Source of the DNA: Candidatus Peribacteria bacterium
GTDB lineage: Bacteria; Patescibacteriota; Gracilibacteria; Peribacterales; Peribacteraceae
Assembly (NCBI GenBank): GCA_041691135.1
Contig: JBEPVF010000008.1
Location: 921 to 64,920 of the forward strand
Direction: 5' to 3'
Length of the DNA stretch: 64,000 bases
In this document: piece after piece, positions 8,887-16,401 of the stretch
How the letters are laid out: each line of letters begins with the position of its first letter
Numbering within the stretch: the first letter of the stretch is position 1
Notes under the pieces: model-generated
What the model saw: the letters and a program-made list of their open reading frames with translations, nothing else
Database searches by the model: none
What the model was told of the DNA's origin: nothing
Translations under genes and position numbers: made by a program

Positions 8887-9237
8887 TTATCCCTCGCGTG
8901 TCGATTTGATCCATCCGCCGAGCATGCGTCCAATCTCATCAATCATTTCCTGAATGAGAGCGTACTTCTTCAGGTCGATGGCCTTTACGTCCTTGGCGAG
9001 ACGAAGGAAGACACGGAGAACATTGAGCTTAAGGCTGACGCGCTCAAGCGGTTCCAGTTTCTGTGCTTTGCGTACTTGGCTGGCAAGAATGATGCCTTCC
9101 AATACCTCCAGCACGAGATTCTCGCAGCGAGGCCAGAGCGCAGTGCGATCTTGTTTGGAAATAGATGCCCGAAACTCATAGAGCTTCTTGGTTAGTTCGT
9201 AGGCCTTCTTGAAAATTGGGATATCTAATTCTTCCAT
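8887..9237 (-). CDS. avd: DGR accessory variability determinant (Avd, four-helix-bundle family)
   Basis: 116 aa from the internal ATG at 9237: MEELDIPIFKKAYELTKKLYEF...IDEIGRMLGGWIKSTREG. Size and pattern are typical of Avd / 23S-IVS four-helix-bundle proteins. Opposite strand to TR and RT. Confidence 0.8.
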   Translation of the reverse strand: MEELDIPIFKKAYELTKKLYEFRASISKQDRTALWPRCENLVLEVLEGIILASQVRKAQKLEPLERVSLKLNVLRVFLRLAKDVKAIDLKKYALIQEMIDEIGRMLGGWIKSTREG

Positions 9238-9250
9238 AACGACATAAAGC

Positions 9251-10300
9251 ATGAAAGTACACAAGCATATCTTCGAGCGGATCATTACGCCAGAGAACTT
9301 ATTCCAAGCTTGGGAGGAGTTCCGCAGAGGCAAGGGATCTCGAAAAGACGTACAGGCGTTCGAGTGGCAGCTTGAACAGAACATCCTGTCTCTTTGTCGG
9401 GATCTGCGTAGCCGGACGTACAGACATGGGGAATATTCGGCTTTTTCGATCTGTGATCCGAAGCAGCGCCGGATACATAAAGCGGCTGTACGTGATCGCA
9501 TACTTCATCACGCAATTTTTAAGGTGTTGAATCCCATCTTCGAGCCGACGTTTATTGCACATTCCTATTCCTGTCGTGAGGGGAAAGGAACACACAAGGC
9601 AGTTGATACATTGGAAACGTGGCTGCGAAAAGTCAGCCAAAATTGTAGGGTGCCGTGTTTTGCTCTCAAGTGTGACATCCAACAATTCTTCGCCTCAGTC
9701 GATCATGCAATCCTGCTCTCGATCCTTGATCGGAAGATCAAAGACCCTGATGCGATGTGGCTGCTGAAGGAGGTAGTGGAGAGTTTCTCCACGCCTGTGC
9801 AAGAAAATGAACGTCCCAAAGGTATTCCTATCGGCAATCTCACTTCGCAGTTATTTGCGAACGTGTACTTGAACGAGTTCGATCAATTCATGAAGCAAAA
9901 ACTACGCATCCGTCACTACGTTCGGTACACAGATGATTTTGTGATCGTGAGTTCAGACAAGTCTGCATTGGAGAATCTGATTCCAGTCATGCAGGAATTT
10001 CTCAGTGAAACTATGTTTCTCAAACTGCATCCTCGAAAAATCATCCTTCGCAAATTCGGTCAGGGCATCGACTTCCTCGGATATGTCATCCTGCCTCACT
10101 ATCGTGTACTTCGGACTCGGACAAAACAGCGAATGTTTCGGAAACTCAAGCTCCGAGTGGTTAGCTTTAAGACTGGTAAGGGTAGCGAGTCGTCTGTTGA
10201 GTGTTCACTCCAGTCCTATCTTGGCGTTCTATCGCATGCGAATACTGAACAGCTCACTGAGGAGTTGAAAAACCAATGCTGGTTTTGGATGTGCGAATAG
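9251..10300 (+). CDS. DGR-type reverse transcriptase
   Basis: 349 aa. IPIGNLTSQLFANVYLNEFD is the DGR-specific [I/L]GxxxSQ motif; catalytic YVRYTDDFVIV. Adjacent to TR and Avd. Confidence 0.9.
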   Translation: MKVHKHIFERIITPENLFQAWEEFRRGKGSRKDVQAFEWQLEQNILSLCRDLRSRTYRHGEYSAFSICDPKQRRIHKAAVRDRILHHAIFKVLNPIFEPTFIAHSYSCREGKGTHKAVDTLETWLRKVSQNCRVPCFALKCDIQQFFASVDHAILLSILDRKIKDPDAMWLLKEVVESFSTPVQENERPKGIPIGNLTSQLFANVYLNEFDQFMKQKLRIRHYVRYTDDFVIVSSDKSALENLIPVMQEFLSETMFLKLHPRKIILRKFGQGIDFLGYVILPHYRVLRTRTKQRMFRKLKLRVVSFKTGKGSESSVECSLQSYLGVLSHANTEQLTEELKNQCWFWMCE

Positions 10301-10404
10301 CATCAAGTCCTTAAAGCATCCACTCTTAATGGCTTTCTATGCGTCAAGTTGACGTTACAAAAGCGACCAAAAACGTTACGATGGACTGCAATCCGCCCCT
10401 TTGA

Positions 10405-11859
10405 ATGCTCACAAAATCCGACTATCTCCGGTACCTCGAATGTCCCATCCATCTTTGGATACACAAGCATCGATCCCATGAGGTCGGTCATCATATTGAT
10501 CCTCAACTTCAGTGGATCTTCGAGCAGGGGGACAGAGTGGAAGCATACGCACGTAGCCTCTTTCCCGATGCCGAGATAGTCAGCGGCCACTCGCAAAAAT
10601 CTGAGGAGCAGACTAAGGCATTAATTGAGTCAGGGGTTACAGACATATTCCAAGCGACGGCGATTGCGGATGGATTGCTCGCTATGGCTGACGTTTTCCA
10701 GCTCGATCCTGAAACGCAGGAATGGAATTTGTATGAAGTGAAAAGTACGAGTGAACTCCAAGATGGGCATCTACATGATGTGTGTTTTCAGATGATTGCC
10801 TTTAAGAAAGCGGGATACACCATGGGCAAGCTTCATCTCATCCACATCAATCCCAATTACGTAAGACGCGGAGAGATAGATGCACGTTCCTTGTTGGTCA
10901 TTGAAGACATCACGGAACAGGTCTATTCCTTGGAAGCGGAGGTGCTTGTCCAGATTGCTGCTGCGAAACAGGTTGAAGCATCAGCTGACATGCCATCGTG
11001 TGACGGCTGTACGTGCTCACCCAAGGACTGCTTTTGCCATCACTATTGCTACCCCGATCTTCCGGATTACTCTGTCTTTCAACTCAGTCGTATCAAGGTA
11101 AAACAGGCCCGTGATCTCTATCGCAAAGGAATTCGTAATCTTCTCGAGATTCCTCCGGACTTCAAGCTCACAGCAGCGCAAGCACTACAGTTGCAAGTCG
11201 TCCGCACTGGAAAACCCGTCATCGATACGAGGAGCATCAGCACTATCCTGAATACGACGAAATACCCCCTCGCTTTTCTCGACTACGAAACGTTCTTTCC
11301 GGCTGTGCCACTCTTTGACGGATACAAGCCCTATCAACAGATGGTTTTTCAGTACTCGCTTCACGTCTTGTTGGAAGATGGAACGCTACAGCATTCTGAA
11401 TGTCTTGTGCGAACTCTTGTCGATCCTGTGTCAGAGATCCTTCGTACTCTACGGTCCCAGCTTCCTGAAAATGGAACGGTTGTGGTGTGGAACAAGGGGT
11501 TTGAGATGGGGAGGAACGAAGAAATGGCCGCGCTCTTGCCCGATCAGGCGGTTTTCCTTCGTTCGCTCAATAGCAGGGTCTTCGATCTCATGGAAATCTT
11601 CAGCAAACACCACTATGTACACCCCGATTTCCGGGGAAGTTACTCGATTAAAAAAGTCTTACCCGTTCTAGTGCCATCTCTGTCTTATAAGGATCTGGAA
11701 ATTCAAGAAGGCGGAACAGCCTCACTGACGTGGTATCGGATGCTTACCGATGGACGCAGTGAGGTCGAGAAGCTGAAGACGCGTGAGGCCATGCTCGCAT
11801 ATTGTAAACTTGATACGTTGGCGATGGTCGAAGTTTTTCGATGTTTGAAGGCTTTGTAG
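10405..11859 (+). CDS. DUF2779-like protein (predicted PD-(D/E)xK / Cas4-like nuclease with Cys cluster)
   Basis: 484 aa. N-terminus MLTKSDYLRYLECPIHLWI, LYEVKSTS motif, Cys cluster CDGCTCSPKDCFCHHYC. Family assignment is from memory of DUF2779 signatures. Confidence 0.55.
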   Translation: MLTKSDYLRYLECPIHLWIHKHRSHEVGHHIDPQLQWIFEQGDRVEAYARSLFPDAEIVSGHSQKSEEQTKALIESGVTDIFQATAIADGLLAMADVFQLDPETQEWNLYEVKSTSELQDGHLHDVCFQMIAFKKAGYTMGKLHLIHINPNYVRRGEIDARSLLVIEDITEQVYSLEAEVLVQIAAAKQVEASADMPSCDGCTCSPKDCFCHHYCYPDLPDYSVFQLSRIKVKQARDLYRKGIRNLLEIPPDFKLTAAQALQLQVVRTGKPVIDTRSISTILNTTKYPLAFLDYETFFPAVPLFDGYKPYQQMVFQYSLHVLLEDGTLQHSECLVRTLVDPVSEILRTLRSQLPENGTVVVWNKGFEMGRNEEMAALLPDQAVFLRSLNSRVFDLMEIFSKHHYVHPDFRGSYSIKKVLPVLVPSLSYKDLEIQEGGTASLTWYRMLTDGRSEVEKLKTREAMLAYCKLDTLAMVEVFRCLKAL

Positions 11860-11889
11860 AGGTGATACATTCAAATCTCTTATTTATAG

Positions 11890-12440
11890 TTCCACCGCAA
11901 AACCCCCTCCGTCAGGAGGGGGGATGAAGTCGGTCCGGCGTCTTCCCGTCCCGTGGAATGGTAGGATTTCCCTATGCAGCAGATCTTCAGGAAGCAATCC
12001 AACTGCGTCTATCACTGCACCTATCATCTCATCCTCTGTACAAAGTACCGTCGGAAAATCTTCAATGACGGCGTCTTTGCGTATATGAAAGCCACCCTCA
12101 AAGAACTTCCCGCCCATTACCCTGAGATCGAGATCCTCGAGATCAATCACGATCAGGACCACATCCATCTCCTTCTCTGGATTCCGCCTAAAATGGCCAT
12201 CGGAAAGGTAGTTTCTATCCTTAAATCCAACACCGCCCGCCATCTCAAGAAGAAGTTCCCTTTTCTCAAAGAGGTCTACTGGGGAACGGAAGGCATCTGG
12301 TCAGACAGCTACTTCGTCTCCACCGTGGGCATCAATGAAGACGTCATCCGGAGGTACATCGAACACCAGGGGAGGGAGGACGCCGGACAGCATCAGCTGA
12401 AACTCGTGTAAGCCACCACCGTCAGGTGGTGGTAGTTCAC
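11890..12440 (+). mobile_element. IS200/IS605-family insertion sequence (tnpA only)
   Basis: tnpA is flanked by two 8-bp-stem hairpins with the same GTCA loop: ccccctcc-gtca-ggaggggg (11903-11922) and ccaccacc-gtca-ggtggtgg (12413-12432). Exact ends not determined. Confidence 0.7.
11974..12411 (+). CDS. tnpA: IS200/IS605 family Y1 (HUH) transposase TnpA
   Basis: 145 aa. YHLILCTKYRRKIF, HUH motif DHIHLLL, catalytic-Tyr region SDSYFVSTVG. Confidence 0.85.
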   Translation: MQQIFRKQSNCVYHCTYHLILCTKYRRKIFNDGVFAYMKATLKELPAHYPEIEILEINHDQDHIHLLLWIPPKMAIGKVVSILKSNTARHLKKKFPFLKEVYWGTEGIWSDSYFVSTVGINEDVIRRYIEHQGREDAGQHQLKLV

Positions 12441-12457
12441 ACGAATTTCCGTAATAG

Positions 12458-12661
12458 TTGTCGTGTCATAGAACAAATAACCGACAGACGCATGCACGCA
12501 TTGCCCTGACGAGAACGGCTGCGAAGTACTTCAAGACGTCCCGTAAAACCTATTTCAAAACGGTCGACCCGATGTTCGGCAAGCTCAAGAATCAGGAAGT
12601 ACGGCAATTGGTCAGTCTGCTTCACACAATCGATGTTGCCGCTGTCAGGTCACTGATATAG
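12458..12661 (+). pseudogene. possible 3' remnant of a MarR-type regulator gene
   Basis: The short ORF ends ...RIALTRTAAKYFKTSRKTYFKTVDPMFGKLKNQEVRQLVSLLHTI, which resembles only the C-terminal half of MarR-family proteins. It abuts the IS200 right end. Weak call. Confidence 0.2.
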
Positions 12662-12672
12662 CCCAAGACGGT

Positions 12673-13167
12673 TCATTCGTGCGGGAATGTATACAGGATG
12701 CCAAAGACATCATTGACCAAACGAAGAGGGTACTGACACAAGAGACACCACGAATAACCTCTGATCTTCGCAACGACATCAGGGGGGACTGTCATTTTTG
12801 AATATACGACCAAGGGCACTTTTGCAGCCTGCACACGCTTCAAAATTTCATCGAAGTGCTGCATGCCTTCCCCGTATGCCACTATCACAAGACCATGATC
12901 CGTGATCCGATCCGCCATTTGGAAATTACTGCACGGCTGTTCCTCAACATTAAAGAAGCTGATGTCGCGGAGCATCTGGGTTTCTATTTCCATATCCATC
13001 CCCTCACATTTGAAAATCATGATGGGTCGCTTTGCATTTCGGAAGAGCCGGATTTCTTTGCTGTAGATGAAGCGCAAGATGGTATACAGAGCTATCGCTC
13101 CAACTGCACCTCCAATCAAAGCCGAGATCAGCGTTTGTATATTGAAGATGAAATTTAAAATATCCAT
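12673..13167 (-). CDS. small single-TM protein in the CBASS effector position (unrecognised family)
   Basis: 164 aa. Hydrophobic N-terminus ILNFIFNIQTLISALIGGAVGAIALYTILRFIY, then ~125 aa with an alternating beta/alpha-looking pattern. Starts 6 bp after the Trip13-like gene's stop. Confidence 0.6.
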   Translation of the reverse strand: MDILNFIFNIQTLISALIGGAVGAIALYTILRFIYSKEIRLFRNAKRPIMIFKCEGMDMEIETQMLRDISFFNVEEQPCSNFQMADRITDHGLVIVAYGEGMQHFDEILKRVQAAKVPLVVYSKMTVPPDVVAKIRGYSWCLLCQYPLRLVNDVFGILYTFPHE

Positions 13168-13173
13168 AGTGTT

Positions 13174-14115
13174 TTAGTGTAGCAGGGAATGGGAAGAAGC
13201 TTCTGCCTCTTTGAAGGGAGGCGTAGGTACGAATGCCTCAACGATCGCCTCTGCATGCTTGAAGGAAACACGGTGATCTGGGATTGCATCAAAAAGGATA
13301 GTCGGGAGAAGACGCTGGATTATGTCCGAGAACGTGCAGCCATATCCGTCTTCCCCATGGGAGGTCTTCTTGGCGAGTGTGCCAATCTGTGCTTGTGTGA
13401 TCCCGGTTTCAGCGAGGTATTTGCCGAGAATATAAGCGCATTGCTCTTGATTGGGTCTTCCGAATTCAAAAACCTCAGCAGCCCGGCGCTTGATGGCGGG
13501 ATCGAGTGCGCCAACGCGGTTCGTGCACATCACCACGATCACTGGTAGTCCTGCACCCATGAGGCTATCGATGCCCCGGATGAGCGCGTTCACACCAGCC
13601 CTATCCTCGTGGTGCATCTGATCCGCCTCGCGTGACTGAGCCAGCGCGTCTGCCTCGTCGATCAGGAGCACAATCGCAGAGGACGGCTTCTTGCCGCTCG
13701 ACAAACCTTTTTTCGCTGCTTCTCTCACCTTCTGGAATGCATTTGTAATCAAGGTTGTCATCTGGCCGACTGCTCCGATGCCTCTTGCCGTGAGGCTTAA
13801 TCGGTATAGGCGAACAATTATCTCTTCCTGCCGCGCGATAGGATCGGCGAAACTCTCGGCGAGGGCTGTCTTTCCAGCTCCCACGTCTCCAGCGAAGACA
13901 AAGAGAGGTGAGCGACTGCGGATGAGTTCGACAATAGGTAGGACGCGGCGATGGTGCTTTTCGCTCCATTCGTTCAGCAGGTGGGGATTGAACATGATGC
14001 GGGTTTCTTTCAGCAAACGATCCTTCATTTCATCGAGTCCGACCAGCGCTGCAAAACGCTTTGCAGCATCTTGGTTGGGGAATTCGATGGTTTCTTCAAA
14101 GATGTCTTGGTCCAT
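13174..14115 (-). CDS. Trip13/Pch2-like AAA+ ATPase (CBASS type III accessory)
   Basis: 313 aa. Walker A FAGDVGAGKT, Walker B VLLIDEADALAQS. Sits in the HORMA/Trip13 operon context. Confidence 0.8.
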   Translation of the reverse strand: MDQDIFEETIEFPNQDAAKRFAALVGLDEMKDRLLKETRIMFNPHLLNEWSEKHHRRVLPIVELIRSRSPLFVFAGDVGAGKTALAESFADPIARQEEIIVRLYRLSLTARGIGAVGQMTTLITNAFQKVREAAKKGLSSGKKPSSAIVLLIDEADALAQSREADQMHHEDRAGVNALIRGIDSLMGAGLPVIVVMCTNRVGALDPAIKRRAAEVFEFGRPNQEQCAYILGKYLAETGITQAQIGTLAKKTSHGEDGYGCTFSDIIQRLLPTILFDAIPDHRVSFKHAEAIVEAFVPTPPFKEAEASSHSLLH

Positions 14116-14117
14116 GG

Positions 14118-14624
14118 TTAGAGGGGTTTCAGGGTGCGACGCAGGACTGCTCCGCCACCATTGGAATATGTTTTATCATAAGTCCATACGCCGTCTGCTC
14201 CGGGCTGCTCTGCGCCAGTGCGCTGGATGGGCAGCGCTGATTCGATTTTTGCCTGCTCGTAGGTGGTCAAGTCATCAAACTTTTGGTTCTTCGTCAGGAA
14301 GGACTTCCAAGTAGCACCGGCGATGTCTGCCCTTGCCGGTACGCGACCAGGAGAATCGTTTGTGAAGATGCTTCCCCATTGGGCGTTGTAACTCAATGCC
14401 GCCCCTCCGACCCAATTGCCGTTCCTCTGGAAGCCATACTCGACCGAATCAAGGTAGCCGTCCAACATAAGCAGGATGACTTCGTCAATGTACGTCGCTA
14501 TCCGCTCGTCGTTGGGCTGTCCATAGAACCGCTGCATCTGGCGGAGATCGGCTGCCACCTTCGATGCGAGGTAGACGGCGTGGGTCCGGGTGAAGGTTGA
14601 GGTGGTCGTGAAGGTGGTAGTCAT
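14118..14624 (-). CDS. bacterial HORMA-domain protein (CBASS type III accessory)
   Basis: 168 aa from the ATG at 14624, which overlaps the CD-NTase stop as ATGA. MTTTFTTTSTFTRTHAVYLASKVAADLRQMQRFYG resembles bacterial HORMA N-termini as I recall them. Position is between the NTase and the Trip13-like gene. Confidence 0.7.
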   Translation of the reverse strand: MTTTFTTTSTFTRTHAVYLASKVAADLRQMQRFYGQPNDERIATYIDEVILLMLDGYLDSVEYGFQRNGNWVGGAALSYNAQWGSIFTNDSPGRVPARADIAGATWKSFLTKNQKFDDLTTYEQAKIESALPIQRTGAEQPGADGVWTYDKTYSNGGGAVLRRTLKPL

Positions 14625-15658
14625 GCGTCTATGGTGAAAGAGGGGCCAAGAATAGATTGCCACTTCTCCAGCGCCCGGCCTTTCGTCGTGGCATGGTGAG
14701 CTTCCGCAAGTGCATCAAGCGCGTCGTATGCCGCATCCACGATCTTTTGACGTTCCAGATCGGTGTACCTACGAGCGATATTATTCTCCGGGTTCACAGG
14801 GTCGAAAATCTGGATAGGTACGCTTTCGTCGGCTGGAAGTTCGCTCGCCTCGTAGTTGTCGGTGAAGTAGATGCGCTCCCGTAGTTCCGATTGAATGATG
14901 TAGGCGAAGAACTGCTCCAACGCCAAAGGATAGTTGCTCAGATCGATCAGGCTGTTATCGGCCAAGTGGGCACAGAGCAATTCGACCATGAAGGACTTGA
15001 ATCGGAACGAGTCGTCGTCTGCCCGCCTCTGCCGCACCCACCATTTTACGAGTCGGACGATCTGTCGGTAGTGCTTCGGGTATTCCTCCTTACGCTTCCG
15101 GATGAAGGCGAGGTGTAGGGGGATGCTCGTCAGGATGCGGTCACCAGTGTCCTTCGTGATAAGGTATCCCCGGTCCTCGCGGTCGTCTTCGTAAATGACC
15201 GGCACCACATCTACGTCCAGACCGCTTCCCCGAAAGGAGATGGTGACACAGTGCTGCTTTGGGATGATCTGGCTGGGGTCCAGATTCGAGTATGCCTCTC
15301 TCAGCCGTGCAACGAGCCATTCATGAAGTCGCTTTTCGTCGGCGGTTTCGTCCGAGGGGCGGATGTAGACCGCGACGTCCATGTCGTTGATGGTCTTCAA
15401 GGCCGTCCCCTTCGCGATGCTTCCCGCATGCAACATCTTTACGAGATCGTAATCGGGGTGATCGTAGATATAGTTTTCGAGCTTCTCGCGGAGCCGGTCG
15501 ACCTGCTCTCGCAGTTCGGCGACGTCTTCCCGTTTCAGGTTCACCTGCCTGTCGGCGAAGGTGACAATGTGGCCGTGCTGCACGAATGGTGCAGCCAAAA
15601 CGCTTGAGGTTGATGACATAATTCTGACCGAGGGTACAGAAATCCTGTATGAAGTCAA
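14621..15658 (-). CDS. CD-NTase (cGAS/DncV-like nucleotidyltransferase, CdnC-like)
   Basis: 345 aa. Pol-beta NTase signature GSIAKGTALKTINDMDVAVYI, third acidic strand GSGLDVDVVPV. Start is ambiguous: TTG at 15658 or ATG at 15619. Confidence 0.8.
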   Translation of the reverse strand: MTSYRISVPSVRIMSSTSSVLAAPFVQHGHIVTFADRQVNLKREDVAELREQVDRLREKLENYIYDHPDYDLVKMLHAGSIAKGTALKTINDMDVAVYIRPSDETADEKRLHEWLVARLREAYSNLDPSQIIPKQHCVTISFRGSGLDVDVVPVIYEDDREDRGYLITKDTGDRILTSIPLHLAFIRKRKEEYPKHYRQIVRLVKWWVRQRRADDDSFRFKSFMVELLCAHLADNSLIDLSNYPLALEQFFAYIIQSELRERIYFTDNYEASELPADESVPIQIFDPVNPENNIARRYTDLERQKIVDAAYDALDALAEAHHATTKGRALEKWQSILGPSFTIDA

Positions 15659-15693
15659 TAACGTCTTGCAAACCTGTATGGGCGCGGCTACAG
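15635..15693. promoter_or_regulatory. two operator-like palindromes in the CBASS / LexA-like divergent region
   Basis: TACAG-aaatc-CTGTA (15635-15649) and CTGTA-N10-TACAG (15674-15693). Both use the same 5-mer half-sites. Confidence 0.35.
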
Positions 15694-15701
15694 TAAGCCC
15701 A

Positions 15702-16319
15702 ATGAAGCCACTCCATCACCTCCAAGCGAAATTGCTTGAAGCGCTCCGCGACGTTCCGGAGGGAGGTTACTCGCTCGAAGAACTACGCAGAGCGATTGGA
15801 GCTTCTTACAAAAGTCAGGTTGTGCACCATATGGAACAATTGGAAATGAAGGGGTTGATCAAAAACGATCCTGACAATCCTGATAACTACATCATATTCA
15901 ACGAACAGGAAGGCTCCGAGGAACCATTTTTCTTCATGCCCGTTCTAGCCTTAGCTTCTGCGGGCAAGGGAATGGATAACTCCCATCATGTCATTGAAAG
16001 AATCCCCGTTCGTTCAAAAATGATTCCATGCAAAATGGATGATGCCTTTCTTGTGCAGGCGGATGGGGATTCGATGGAGCCACGCATACACCATAAAGAT
16101 TTTCTTGTAGTGGAACGACTTAAAAGTGATCGCGAGCCGCTTGGGCAGATTGTTGTTTGTGAAGAAGGACACGAGGTGAAAGTAAAACAATTCACTCGAT
16201 CCGGAGGTTCAATAGTTCTTGTGTCTTTAAATCAAAAATACGATCCGTACGTTGTAACTAATCCTGATAATTTCCGAATACATGGAATCGTTCGCAGCGT
16301 GTTATTTTCTAAGCTCTAA
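15702..16319 (+). CDS. LexA/CI-like repressor (winged HTH + S24 peptidase)
   Basis: 205 aa from the ATG at 15702. LLEALRDVPEGGYSLEELRRAIG...HHMEQLEMKGLI looks like a wHTH. Nucleophile motif ADGDSMEP and a downstream Lys (VKVKQF). Confidence 0.75.
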   Translation: MKPLHHLQAKLLEALRDVPEGGYSLEELRRAIGASYKSQVVHHMEQLEMKGLIKNDPDNPDNYIIFNEQEGSEEPFFFMPVLALASAGKGMDNSHHVIERIPVRSKMIPCKMDDAFLVQADGDSMEPRIHHKDFLVVERLKSDREPLGQIVVCEEGHEVKVKQFTRSGGSIVLVSLNQKYDPYVVTNPDNFRIHGIVRSVLFSKL

Positions 16320-16401
16320 ATGGAAATTCGAGGTGATATGTACTATACTATGTATGGACAGCTTGTGGAGGTGATCAATTGCCACCATTTATTCCCGTCG
16401 T

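Noticed and set aside
7654-8914. Minus-strand ORFs 7654-8394 and 8564-8914 share a striking peptide (SEDNPE.VIR..R.PVVD.HAVRIE.ADVDE).
   Set aside because: They are antisense translations of VR-2 and TR. The shared peptide just mirrors the TR/VR nucleotide homology. The + strand reading is supported by the paralogous target proteins and AAY codon design.
8887-9501. 204-aa version of the avd ORF extending over the RT start.
   Set aside because: The first 88 residues are Cys/Arg/Ser-rich junk read antisense to the RT 5' end. The Avd-like sequence starts exactly at the internal ATG at 9237.
11866-11880. ttcaaatc 8-mer upstream of IS200 resembling the tRNA-like T-loop region (possible att direct repeat).
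   Set aside because: Only 8 nt match, and the flanks do not. This is too short to support an attachment-site claim.
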